Source: Eledone cirrhosa
Taxonomy: Eukaryota
Direction: 5' to 3'
Assembly (NCBI GenBank): GCA_964016885.1
Contig: OZ024745.1
Location: forward strand, 117,800,001 to 117,864,000
Length of the DNA stretch: 64,000 nucleotides
In this document: positions 14,448 to 28,325 of the stretch, in pieces
How the letters are laid out: every line of letters starts with the position of its first letter
How positions within the stretch are numbered: the first letter of the stretch is position 1
Translations under genes and position numbers: made by a program
The notes under the pieces: generated by a model
Seen by the model: the letters and a program-made list of their open reading frames with translations, nothing else
Told to the model about the DNA's origin: nothing
Database searches by the model: none

Positions 14448-14516
<69 letters not shown>

Positions 14517-14611
14517 GTGTATGTATATATATATGTATATATATGTGTATGTATATATATATATATGTATGTATATATATATATGTGTATGTATATATAT
14601 ATATGTGTATG

Positions 14612-14657
<46 letters not shown>

Positions 14658-14660
14658 AAT
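13900..14660. repeat. (TA)n/TATG compound microsatellite
   Basis: Direct inspection. Confidence 0.95.
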
Positions 14661-14912
14661 ATAAATTTAGCGAGAATCGCATTTCGGCGGGTAGAAATTA
14701 TCGAAACGCAACTTCCGTATTGTGCAGGCGAGCGCTCCATGGATATGAAGATACAGAGCTATAAACATAAGTTAAAATGGTCATACACACTGAGACGATG
14801 GTTAAGAAGCCATTAACCACCTTAGCCAAAAAAGAGAACAAGCTAAACGGGTCAAATAAAATAAGATATGATTGATATAGGATATGATTGATATATATGT
14901 ATATATATATAA

Positions 14913-15013
<101 letters not shown>

Positions 15014-15093
15014 TTAGTGTACACTTAACTGTGTATGAATATCTTTCAATCACTTTCTTATATATATATACATACATACAGACACACATTCAT

Positions 15094-15126
<33 letters not shown>

Positions 15127-15279
15127 ACGAAGGAATTGTGGTAAGGAACCAGATGGACCATAACGCACCAGAGTACTCAATACTTAGGCTAGTAGAGTGG
15201 GTAATAGGAAAAAGTATGACCCCGACGGCAGAACTCAAGCCGTTTCGACGGCTATTTCAGTCCAGAAATAGCCGTCGAA

Positions 15280-15668
15280 ATGTTTCTACGATTGGCACAA
15301 GGCCAGCAATTACCCAGTGCATTACTGGTACATTATTTTATCGACCCCGTAAGGGTGAAAGGCAAAGTTAACCTCGGCGTGATTTGAACTCAGAATGGCA
15401 AGGGCCGTAACTCTATACGTCAAAGCATGGCGTCCGACCCTCTACCGATACTGCCAATCCACCGCCCTTTATATATATAATTGTTTCTACTTTAGGCACA
15501 AGGCCAGCAATTACCCAGTGCATTACTGGTACTTTATTTTATCGACCCCGTAAGGATGAAAGGCAAAGTCAACCTCGGCGGGATTTGAACTCAGATCGTA
15601 AAGGGACGTAACTATGCTGGAAAGCATGGTGTCTGACCCTCTACCGATACTGCCAATCCACCGCCCTT
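15280..15668 (-). mobile_element. Two tandem SINE family A copies
   Basis: Reverse complements of the 1289-1477 consensus at 15280-15466 and 15480-15668. Confidence 0.9.
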
Positions 15669-16550
15669 TATATATATAATGTGTGTGTGTTTGTGTGTAT
15701 ATGAATGTGTGTCGGTATGTATGTATGTATATATATATATATAAGAAAGTGATTGAAATATATTCATACACAGTTAAGTGTACACTAAGACATCAAAACA
15801 ACGAAACTTGTTTTATTCCATTTGTATCCCCATTTCAGGGGCAACTTCCTTTCAACGTATTTTCCCATTATGCGCCATTTTGGCTGTATTACATTACAGA
15901 GAAGCAAGAAAGCAGGCAATCACAGACTTTTAGTAATATATAGATTGTAAAAGTTGCTCAAGATTCAAATAGTAGTACCTAACCCGGGTCCTCAGGATTA
16001 CAAAGCAAATTTGTTACCATTTCAGACATAGGAACACGCTGAAAGTAGCTGAATTAATTGATGATGCCGACTCACCATTTGTAACCAATTCGTCACGCTT
16101 TTCTCCATCCCGCCTACCATCGATAAAACGCCTATTTCCCGAGCATTTAAAGCTATAAAAATTCCATATTCTTTCTTTTTCATTTTCTCACCCCTCTCTT
16201 TCTCTTCGGCACACCATACACACAAACACACAGTGGTAACACGTACATATATACACAAACACACAGTGGTTACACGCACATATACACACATTGTTGAACA
16301 TTTTCATAAATGCATGCTTCGATAAACATAACACACCACCTCCACCACGACCATTTTTCACACACTCATAAATACTATCATGCATACCTACATTCATATA
16401 TACATATATCCATATATACATATATACATACATACATATACACGTACATATATATATACATACATAAATACTATCATACATACATATATATGTATACATA
16501 CATATATACATACATACATATATGCGTACATACACACATACATGCATATA

Positions 16551-16586
<36 letters not shown>

Positions 16587-16717
16587 TACATATATACGTA
16601 CATACATATATACATACATACATAAATACTATCATACATACATACATATATATGAATACATACATATATACATACATACATATATGTGTACATACACACA
16701 TACATGCATATATACAT

Positions 16718-16785
<68 letters not shown>

Positions 16786-16803
16786 TCATATATATATATA
16801 TAC

Positions 16804-19085
16804 ATGGTGGCTGCCAACTCGTTTTCGAGTACGGCCACTACTTTATATCCATGTAGGAGAAACCCTACCGATGCGCTGAACGAGTGTGACTTTTTAGTCC
16901 AGCCAGCGTATTGAAAACTCTGGTACAAACACTACACTTGTGACAATTATTGACACATAGTGCTGGGCCCATGGTACCATGTGACCACAAGTGCAGAGAG
17001 ATATCCAGATATAAAGCAATGCCTGTGCCGTGAAGCTTTTATAGTGAGCAAAGGCACTGCACAAAGCCAGCCCCACTCTTTTAACCAAGAAGATATTTAC
17101 CAAAAAGAAGAACAAGTCAACATCATTGGATACCATCAGAGTTGCAGGTGTTATATCAGAGTTTTCCTTCTCCTAGAATTCTGCCTTGACAAAGGCTAAG
17201 GGGTCATCTCTCCCAGTGATTTTGGATGGGCATTGACTTTTAAGAGCTCCTTTGCCCTTTGACAGGTTTTGTTTTTATTCCTGCAGGATGTCCAAAGTCA
17301 CCCTCCTCACCAAGAAACATGGTGGGTTTGCCAGTTTAGTCGCCAACGACCCGACCATGAGGCAGGTTGTACTGGGATACATGTTAGCAGAAACCCTACC
17401 GATGCGCTGAACGAGTGTGACTTTTTAGTCCAGCCAGCGACTTGAAAACTCTGGTACAAACACTACACTTGTGACAATTATTGACACATAGCGCTGGGCC
17501 CATGGTACCATGTGACGACAAGTGCAGATATATATATATATACATACATAAATACTATCATATATATATACGTACATACATATATATATACATACACACA
17601 TACATATATACATACATAAATACTATCATATATATATATATACGTACATACATATATATATACATATACACATACATATATAGATACATACACACATACA
17701 TATATACATACATACATACTATCATATATATATATATATATATATATACGTACATACATATATAAATACATACACACATACATATATAGATAGATACACA
17801 CATACATATATACATACATAAATACTATCATATATATATATATACGTACATACATATATAGATACATACACACATGGTGGCTGCCAACTCGTTTTCGAGT
17901 ACGGCCACTACTTTATATCCATGTAGGAGAACCCCTACCGATGCGCTGAACGAGTGTGACTTTTTAGTCCAGCCAGCGACTTGAAAACTCTGGTACAAAC
18001 ACTACACTTGTGACAAATATCGACACATCGTGCTTTGCCTTTGGTACCATGTGACGACAAGTGCAGAGAGATCTCCAGATATAAAGCAATGCCTGTGCCG
18101 TGAAGCTTTTATAGTGAGCAAAGGCACTGCACAAAGCCAGTCCCACTCTCTTAACCAAGATGATATTTACCAAAAAGAAGAACAAGTCAACATCATTGGA
18201 TACCATCAGGGTTGCAGGTGTTATATCAGAGTTTTCCTTCTCCTAGAATTCTGCCTTGACAAAGGCTAAGGGGTCATCTCTCCCAGTGATTTTGGATGGC
18301 CATTGACTCTTAAGAACTCCTTTGCCCTTTGACAGGTTTTGTTTTTAGTCCTGCAGGATGTCCAAAGTCACCCTCCTCACCAAGAAACCTTGGTGGGGTT
18401 GCCAGTTTAGTCGCCAACGACCCGACCATGAGACAGGTTGTACTGGGATACATGTTAGCAGTAGCACCAACTGGTGACCTGATATACATACACACATACA
18501 TATATACATACATACATACTATCATATATATACACACAGCAAGTCTATATGGTGTCACAAGAACCATACACTTTAACTGTACTCATTGCAATGTTACGTA
18601 CTGGTGTGATCTATATATACACACACTATACATACACACACACACACACACACACATATAGACACACACTATATATACACAGACACACATACACACACAT
18701 ACACTAACATTATACACACACATACACTAACACTATACACACACATACACATGGTGGTGGCTGCCAACTCGTTTTCGAGTACGGCCACTACTTTATATCC
18801 ATGTAGGAGAACCCCTACTGATGCGCTGAACGAGTGTGACTTTTTAGTCCAGCCAGCGACTTGAAAGCTCTGGTACAAACACTACACTTGTGACAATTAT
18901 TGACACATAGTGCTGGGCCCATGGTACCATGTGACGACAAATGCAGAGAGATCTCCAGATATAAAGCAATGCCTGTGCCGTGAAGCTTTTATAGTGAGCA
19001 AAGGCACTGCACAAAGCCAGTCCCACTCTCTTAACCAAGATGATATTTACCAAAAAGAAGAACAAGTCAACATCATTGGATACCA
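16804..19085 (-). mobile_element. Cluster of ~600-bp non-coding retroelements with an RTE-like 5' region, separated by (CATA)-type microsatellite
   Basis: Near-identical copies at 16804-17390, 17390-17527 (partial), 17873-18480 and 18750-19085 (partial). Plus-strand relatives at 49140-49783 and 63752-64000. No ORF. The RTE affinity is recalled from AGGAGAAGGAAAACTC-type 5' UTR motifs. Confidence 0.7.
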
Positions 19086-19571
19086 CATACACATACACAC
19101 ATACATACACACACACATACACATACACACACATATATACACACATCACTCACATACATACACACATACACTCACATACATACACAAACATACACACATA
19201 CATACACACATACACACATTTACACGCACACACACATACACATACATACACACATACATACACACATACACACATACACACACGCTCATACATACACACA
19301 TACACACACACATACACACACAATCCCCCAAGGGAACAATATCGAGTCATACTGATTATTAATTCTAAAAGTCTAACTGAACAAAGGTTATGATCTATCT
19401 AGAAGTATGTGTGTGTGTATATGTATGTGTGTGTATATGTATGTGTGTGTATATGTATGTGTGTGTGTACGTGTATGTGTGTACGTGTGTGTGTGTATGT
19501 ATGTGTATGTATGTGTGTATGTATGTGCGTATGTATGTGTGTGTGTATGTGTGTGTGTATGTGTGTGTGTA

Positions 19572-19619
<48 letters not shown>

Positions 19620-19700
19620 CGTGGGTGTGTATGTGTGTGTGTATTTATGTGTGTGTATGTGTGTGTGTATGTATGTGTGTATGCATGTGTGTGTATGTAT

Positions 19701-19791
<91 letters not shown>

Positions 19792-20070
19792 TCACACTGA
19801 TATGTAAGTTTGTGATCAGTACAGTTAAAGTTTATAGTTCTAGTGACGCCATCTGTATTGGAAATGCCGTTCTATCGATTGATATATATTAAGTACAGCA
19901 TTAAATCTCACATTCTTTATTTTGTTGCTGGAAAACATCTGAAATATTTACCCTGCCCCCTCACATCACACATATACATACACATACCCTCTCTTTGAGT
20001 GTATAATTTTATATATATTTATATATATATATATATGTAACAAACTTCTTTGTTTTTTGTTTTTCTCATG

Positions 20071-20119
20071 AGAGGCTGAATGAGTTGGGGCTCAGAACCC
20101 AACGAAGCTTGAGTACATG
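20071..20119 (+). ncRNA. Degenerate hammerhead motif
   Basis: CTGAATGA-GTTGGG-GCTCAGAA-CCCAAC-GAAGC-TTGA-GTA (1-nt core insertion, GAAG). Second copy inverted at about 59427-59475. Confidence 0.5.
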
Positions 20120-20223
20120 TTTATGTCACTGTTGTAATTATTTATACCAAACTCGTCCTATGGACTGAGTGCTCTTACTCTTGGATATTTCCACTTAACT
20201 TTTACTTCAGTATAAATAAATAA

Positions 20224-20257
<34 letters not shown>

Positions 20258-20307
20258 ATAGGTATATTTTATATATATGTATATATATGCGTATGTGTAT
20301 ATCTTAT

Positions 20308-20362
<55 letters not shown>

Positions 20363-20462
20363 CATATACATACATGTATTTTCTATACACACTCGCATAC
20401 CTGTGTGTACCCCCTTATATATATATAATGTAAATTAAGGTATATATCTATATATAATCACA

Positions 20463-20539
<77 letters not shown>

Positions 20540-20832
20540 GTTGGTATCTGGCGCCGGGTAACCCACCACACGGAGGAGAAAGCACCTTCTTCAAGACTTG
20601 GCTGTCAAATTCTTTCACATGTGTGTAGTAGTGGCGCCCACATACATTATTAGCTATTTGAAAAGATGATGGATTTCACAACCAACTGCACCAGGGTTCC
20701 TGTTCCTCAGGGAACCGCACTATATGGGGGACAGGGAGTTCTGGGGCATGAGAGTGAGATCCATCATCTCGACAGTAGTCGAAGAATGATGATGATGATG
20801 ATATATATATACACGCACACATATATATATAT

Positions 20833-20870
20833 ACACTGAGGATCCGCTAAGGTGAAACAATTGATCTCGG
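20833..20870 (+). ncRNA. Hammerhead motif truncated at the (TA)n junction
   Basis: CTGAGGA-TCC-GCTAA-GGT-GAAACAATTGATC. The downstream sequence is related to 20130-20200. Confidence 0.5.
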
Positions 20871-20964
20871 TATGGTGAACTAACTGTTGTGTAACCACTT
20901 CTACCTAACTCGTCCCATGGACTGAGTGCTCTACCACTACGGATATTACCTTCCAGTGTTCCAC

Positions 20965-21001
<37 letters not shown>

Positions 21002-21320
21002 AATCCCAAATCTCACTTGGGGCATGGTTATAAGTCAAATTGGCTAAAAAGAGCTAATTTTAACTTATATGATACCTCAACTATATATATATATATATAA
21101 AGAAAAGGATCGATCGACTTTCGTCAAATCGGACCGAGGAAACAATGTTTCCGTTGGTTTTTCCAATTGCTAATACTATCTATCGGTTGCAACTCCAGGT
21201 AGAAGGAGCAACGTGAAATAAAGTGTCTTACTCAAGGACATAATGCTTCGCCCGGTCCAGAAATCGAACTCACAACCTCAAGATTGTGAATCCAATTCTC
21301 TAACCACTCAGCCACACGCC

Positions 21321-21636
<316 letters not shown>

Positions 21637-21866
21637 TCAGAGCAAACAGCACGGACACTCTATCTCAAAATTATTTTTGAAAAGCATTTAGAAATGCGCA
21701 ACTGGTAAAAACTTAAAACTTAAAACCACAACTGAATACTAACCCATACAATCACTAATACTCTTTTATTCCTAATTAAACCATTTTTCAACTGTGAACA
21801 ATTTGTCAGCATTTTCTATTCCGTTTACCAATATATAATAACTTGTGTGTTACACCTCTATTCTTT

Positions 21867-21957
<91 letters not shown>

Positions 21958-22399
21958 AACATTCAAATATTAACCTAATGAACATTCAATGTTTATAAGC
22001 AGAATGTAAATTTTATTTTTTGGAGTGGAAATTGGCATTAGCCTCTAAGATTTAACTTAGTTTCTCTTTCAATTACAGTAACAGACGGTCACAAACCTCC
22101 TCCACTCATTCCAGCTTCCCTTCGAAATCAGCTGTGGTCCCAAGGCTGGGAGATTATCCCTGACCATCCGTGGTATTTGAAACTTTGCTCGGAATTCCAA
22201 CTCAAAACGCAAAGTTCACCTAGTCTGAGTCTCTACAAATTGCACTAAGGACTTATACTTTGTTTTATCGAATCCAAATTGCTGAATGTCAGTGGGCTCG
22301 GATGGATTTGAACTCAGATCGTAAAGGACCGTGACTTGTATAAGCCGAGCATCTCTCGATTAAAGTAGGGTAGGAAGGAGGTGATAGGCGATGAGATAT

Positions 22400-22760
22400 G
22401 AGTGAAGGAGAGGGACGTCAGAACATCAGAGCTATTTGAGAAAATTCATAATTTTCTGAATGAAGGCCGCCGTGTGTCAATAAAGACAATTAGTTTAGAG
22501 TTTGGAGTTGGTGTGGAAACTGTACACAGAATTATTCATGAAGATCTAAACATACACGCAATTTCTGCAAAGTTTGTTCCCAGGGTGTTCTGTGATGAAA
22601 AGAGAGAACATGTTGGTGACAGAAGGAATATGATTGAGCACCTCCAATCCAAGAATTTTTGAGTCACTGATGATCTGTAACGAAAGCTGTATCTACTGTT
22701 ATGACCAAGAGACAGCGTGCCTAATGGAAGCATCTTGGCTCCCCCAGACCCAAGTGGCTG
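22400..22760 (+). mobile_element. mariner-type transposase fragment (pseudogene)
   Basis: RRVSIKTISLEFGVGVETVHRIIHEDLN...SAKFVPR (HTH plus WVPR-like linker). Then frameshifted VTDD...CYDQE...WKHLGSPRPK. Confidence 0.85.
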
Positions 22761-23117
22761 GAGTGCTACAATAAGTGCTTCGAAATCCGACAATCCTTTT
22801 TCGAAGGAGATTAGAGTTTTGTACATCTTTGAAATTAATGAATGTCTCTCAAGAATACACCTCGTATATAATTAGTTTTGTCCGTCTTCCAAACACAGCA
22901 TATTTAAACAATCTTCTAGCATTTTGATGTTGCAATATAAGCACCAGTAATATACTGGGGGAGGTGAGTCGTTAGAACGTCGGATAAAATAGCTTGTGGT
23001 ATTCGTTCCGGCTCTCTGCAATCTGAGTACACATGCCACCGGGTGATTGGAATACACCTTCATCCCCCCCCCCCATGCACACACGTACACACAAACATAT
23101 ATATGTATATATATATA

Positions 23118-23194
<77 letters not shown>

Positions 23195-23199
<5 letters not shown>

Positions 23200-23866
23200 T
23201 GAAGAATAACATGGTTGACAGTACAACCAAGGAGGATATTTATTTACAGTTTTACAATTGTTTCCATGATAGAATTGTCTTTAAATTTCTAAATACTGGA
23301 GACAGTATAACTCAATTTACAATACATCTAAGTTCAACCATTTCATCAGAAACTATTAAGAAATATAAAATATATGCGTAACGGAAAACTTAAAAATTCA
23401 AATTACTACATCAATAATAGTATAAATAAAGGAAGGGGGACAGATGGAAATGAGAGAGAAAGAAAGAAAATGACGAAAGAAGGAACGAAGATATAGTTAA
23501 ATGTATAACCGGCAAAGTTACGAAATCAAACTATCACATCAAAATAAATGTAATATTAATAATAATAAAGATATATATAGAAAGAGAGAAGGGGGGGGGG
23601 TATAGCATAGGCAAAGAGGAAGGATAATACTTGCAACGACAAATAATCTTCATTATAAGTATGGATAAAATAAAGTACCAGTAATGCACTGGGTAATTGC
23701 TGGCCTTGTGCCTAAAGTAGAAACAATTATAAGTATGGCTGATATGCAGAGGTGTCAAAATTCAGACTTTCTATTGAAATAAATTGAATGTTTGTATCGA
23801 TAGAGGTGGTGGTGGCGACGGTAGAAAATAGAGATATGTATCTTTATTTGTGTGCGGATGTGTGTG

Positions 23867-23899
<33 letters not shown>

Positions 23900-24862
23900 T
23901 TGTAGGAAAAGGATTCCATTAGTAGAAATGGAGAAGGGAGTTATGTGTGTGTGTATGGGTCTTATGTGTGTGTGGGGGGGGGGTATGGTTAGCATGTTAT
24001 GGTGTTAAATATTAACGTATGTTAAAGTCTATTTAGCTCTGGTCTTTTATTTTCGAATATAGAAGAGGGTGTTGTGTGTGTGTGTGTGTGTGTGTGTCTG
24101 TTTGGATGGTTAGCACGTTATGGTGTTGACATAATGTATATTAAACTATATTTAATGATGGTCTATATTTTTGAATAAACATATTTTCCTTATTTATTCG
24201 TATTTGTTCTGTTGTATTGTCTGTGCAAAGATAAAATGGGGAGACTTGGAATTTGTGTGTCTTATTGTTTGCACTATGTCTAAATGTGCATTGAGTGGTA
24301 TCTGTCTTGTGGTAGGGTCCCGTAATTGTTGGCGACGAATTATCATCCCGTTTCTGAGCGTGAGTTGAGTTGCCCTATATAATCTTCATTAAATCCTTTA
24401 TATTTAATGGCATAAACTAAATTTTTTGATGAGCAAGTGAAGTGATTTTTTACAACAAAATTTTGTCCTGATTCAAATGTATATATGGTGTCTTCAATGA
24501 GGTGAGTGCAATTTCCGCAATTAGAGAGACCACGTTTTTTGACAGTTGGTTGTGGGTTTGTGGTGGGTAATTTGGCATTGGTGAGTAATGTTTTTAGTGA
24601 TTTAGGTTGTCTTTTGCTTTTGATTATTTTGTGTGTTTCAAGAGCTTTTTTCATTCTTGGGTCTTGTTTCAATAGTGCGATGTTCTTGTAAATAATGTTC
24701 TATGCTTCCGTATTTCTTGGGTTGTGTGTTGAGATATATGATAGAATATTGGACGTACCTTGAATTTGTTTCTGTTTTCGTAATTCATCAATGCCTATCG
24801 CTTTAGCCCTTTCTATTCCATTATCTATTAGTAATGGTCGGTATTGTCTTTCGAGCAGAAAT
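23195..24862 (-). mobile_element. 5'-truncated Penelope-like element (Neptune-like): RT thumb/linker, GIY-YIG endonuclease and 3' region with a hammerhead
   Basis: LLIDNGIERAK...YISTHNP...KSKRQPKSLKTLLT...NCGNCTHL...FTCSSKNLVYAI...EDYIGQ...RQQLRDP...ENMFIQKYRPSLN. ORF ends near 24145. (TA)n on both sides. Contains stops and frameshifts. Confidence 0.85.
23248..23354 (-). ncRNA. Type-I hammerhead ribozyme in the Penelope-like 3' end
   Basis: AGTTT-CTGATGA-[~78 nt]-GAA-ACAATTGT-A-AAACT. Canonical core, palindromic helix III, GUA. Confidence 0.75.
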
Positions 24863-24889
24863 ATATATATATATATATATATATATGTT

Positions 24890-24975
<86 letters not shown>

Positions 24976-25157
24976 AAACCAAATCACAGAATTCTGCATG
25001 CTACTAATGACTGTAAGGCGCAGGTGAATTTTAAGGAAATACACATGTCCCCAACACATATTACAATACCGAAGCAACGTCTATATATATATCTGTATAT
25101 ATATATATATATGGGGTCGCCTGACTTCGTGAAACCTTGAGTAATGGAATTGTTGTT

Positions 25158-25198
<41 letters not shown>

Positions 25199-25220
25199 TG
25201 TGTGTGTGTAATAAACAGCA

Positions 25221-25293
25221 ATTCCATTACTCAAGGTTTCACGAAGTCAGGCGACCCCAACAGTGGTGTCCGAAGTCGTTCATCAGAAGGAAT
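25221..25293 (-). ncRNA. Type-I hammerhead ribozyme
   Basis: ATTCCTT-CTGATGA-ACGA...TCGT-GAAAC-CTTGA-GTA-ATGGAAT. An inverted partner at 25308-25385 has GACAC, and a 5'-truncated copy lies at 25092-25150. Confidence 0.78.
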
Positions 25294-25474
25294 CTTTGAT
25301 ATTAAAGATTCCTTCTGATGAACGACATCGGACACCTCTTTTGGGGTCGGGTCGCCTGTCTTCGTGACACCATGAGTAATGGAATAATTATATTGATTTG
25401 TTTGTTACATAATTAAATAGCTCTGTACTATACATAGAGCACTCTTCTTTCCTTTACCTTTTCCACGGAAATAC

Positions 25475-25582
<108 letters not shown>

Positions 25583-25761
25583 TTTTCCCTCATTTCGTGG
25601 GTTGTCTCCCCTTCCCGCTTCGTGTCGCTATGATACTTCCTCAGTCAAAAACTGCTGGAATTTCAAATTTGGCGCTCATTCGAGGTGAGAGGGAGCAAAT
25701 TTACGGACATGATTTTTGACAGCGGTAAGAAATTGTTTTCTTATATCAATGTTTAATGGGC

Positions 25762-25887
25762 TTCCACTGATGATTTATAAGTGCCCACCTAAATATATTC
25801 TTACAAGAATATATATTAGGCTTCTACATAAACTGGAAACATTCTCCCAAACTTGTAGAAAACTTATAATGAAACAATTGTTTGGAA
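25762..25887 (+). ncRNA. Type-I hammerhead ribozyme with long stem II
   Basis: TTCCA-CTGATGA-TTTATAAGT...ACTTATAAT-GAA-ACAATTGT-T-TGGAA. Confidence 0.75.
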
Positions 25888-27456
25888 AGAGAGATATACT
25901 TTAACTTTAATTATATCTCATAAAATAATACAACTGGTTTTTTCACATTATACATATTGTTAGCACCCCAAACACTTAAATTGGATTTATATTTTAATAT
26001 AACCTAATGTTTGTTGAGTGAGATGGTTACCGGTCAGAGTTTAGCTTTAAACTATCTCTGTTATTGTATTAATTATATATATATATATATATATATACAG
26101 ATATATATATAGACGTTGCTTCGGTATTGTAATATGTGTTGGGGACATGTGTATTTCCTTGAAATTCACCTGCGCCTTACAGTCATTAGTAGCATGCAGA
26201 ATTCTGTGATTTGGTTTCTCTTTGTTTGACCGTTGTTCTATTGCACTGACAATACAGTGCAATTTGGTGTTGACTCTTGTATTCATGGTGTTGCATTGTC
26301 GCATCTGTGTATCACCAAGGATACTCAGTAACATGTTATCCTGCGAAGCATACATTGTAAAGAATGACTTGCATGCTGTTAGAATATTCTATAAAGATAC
26401 ATTACCTCCACACTGTTGACAATAAGTAGTGTCACTTTAACATTTATTATCAGCCGAATATAGTGAAGTCGCGTGGCTTAGTGGTTAGAGAATTGGATTC
26501 GCAATGCGTTATATCTTTGAGCAAGACACTTTATTTCACGTTGGTCTTTCTGTCAGGAGATGCGATTATCTTATAAAAATACATAGGAAAATCAACTCAT
26601 ACATTTTAATGAGTCATATTTTATTCACCTCGAAAATGAGGGAGACTGGAAGAAAAAATTAAATAATAGATATTAATGATTTCTAATATTGGGTGGTGAG
26701 GAATAGTCGATTATATCGATCTTAGCACGTGACAGGTACCAATTCTATCGACACGGAAAGCATTGTCCATCTCAGTGAGGTTTGGACTCAGTGTATAAAG
26801 GGAGATAAGCAAACACTGCAAGGCATTTGTCCGACACTCCAGATAACATTATTCCTTACTTTCCCAAATAATAATTTCTGATAACAATATGAAGGTGCGT
26901 GGCTTAGTGGTTTGGGAATTTGATTCGCAATCGCTAGGTTGCGAGTTCGAATCCCGGAATTACGTTATGTCGTTGAGTAAGACACTTTATTTAACGCTGC
27001 TCTTTTTGCCAGGACTCCATCAATCTTATAATGACAATAATTCTATATCTGCTATCTATTCGCGTGAAAACCATATTTAGTCCTCTAATATTGATTTCTT
27101 AAGTAGCCACTAAATTATTCTAAGTTTCGTTGTTTTTTTTCTCGAGACAATGGATGTGGTTTCTATGTGTGGGTAGAGACGATTAGTATTCATAAACGAT
27201 GTTATTGATCGGTTGCTAGAGTTCCAACAAGGTACAATGTGTTGTATGATGTTGTTATTGTCATATATTTCACCAGTGCACTAGAACATTTGTAAAGATA
27301 AATAACTGAACGGGAATCGAAACTTCACCGTGAGTTCGACTCAACGAAAGCATGTTGATCTACCAGTGCTCATCAGATGCACATGGAAAAACATCATATA
27401 TATTATTTCAAATAGTAGATCTCTGCAATTATATAGGATCTTAATGTTATATGATA

Positions 27457-27646
27457 TTTGCTTCTACTTTTGGCACAAGGCCAGCAATTATCTCAGTGTA
27501 TTACTGGTACTTTATTTTATCGACCCCGTAAGGATAAAAGGCAAAGTTAACCTCGGCGGGATTTGACCTCAGACCGAAAGGGACGTAACTCTATGCTGCC
27601 AAGCATGGCGCCCGACTCTCTACCGATACTGCCAATCCATCGCCCT
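27457..27646 (-). mobile_element. SINE family A with target-site duplication
   Basis: Full-length copy flanked by TTAATGTTATATGATA direct repeats. Confidence 0.9.
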
Positions 27647-28325
27647 TAATGTTATATGATAATAAACATAAGGATGTAAACAAAAATCCGAGATATAAAA
27701 TCAATTTTCGATAATCAATAATTTTAATAATCGTTACCCATGATATAGTTTTCACTTCAATCAATGAAGTGCTATGTCGAAACGAAAGCAATGTAATAAA
27801 ACTGTATGTAGAGTGAAAGGAAATTTTCGAACGTCAGATAATTTTATGAGTCAGTTAAGTTGTTAAAATGTAATTAGATCGGAAAAAAAATTTGAATATT
27901 TTAAAATCTAGAAATTTGAATGGACATAATTGATTAATTACTCATAAGGAATTCCGGAAACCAGGGATCATTATTACGTCGTCAATTATCCGGAAAAAAA
28001 TTAAAAATAGTTAATACTGTGTAAATGGAACTGAATTTGATAGCATATAATGAGTTTCTCATCAGAGCGAGGAACATTCATTTCTGATGTGTGTATGTAT
28101 TTAATGTTCATTGAAGTGTATATAAGAGAATTTCTTTCTGAATTTGAATACCGATAATAATTCTGATGATACTTGAATAAGTATTACGTTTAGGCAAAAT
28201 AGAGGTTCCTATAATCTATGGCAGCCAAAGTATCAGGTTAAATATTAGTCTACAGTGTAAAGGTAGAGACTTTTACTTAGCAGGTATGACATAGGACTAT
28301 TTTTATAGCCATTAATAAAGAGTGC

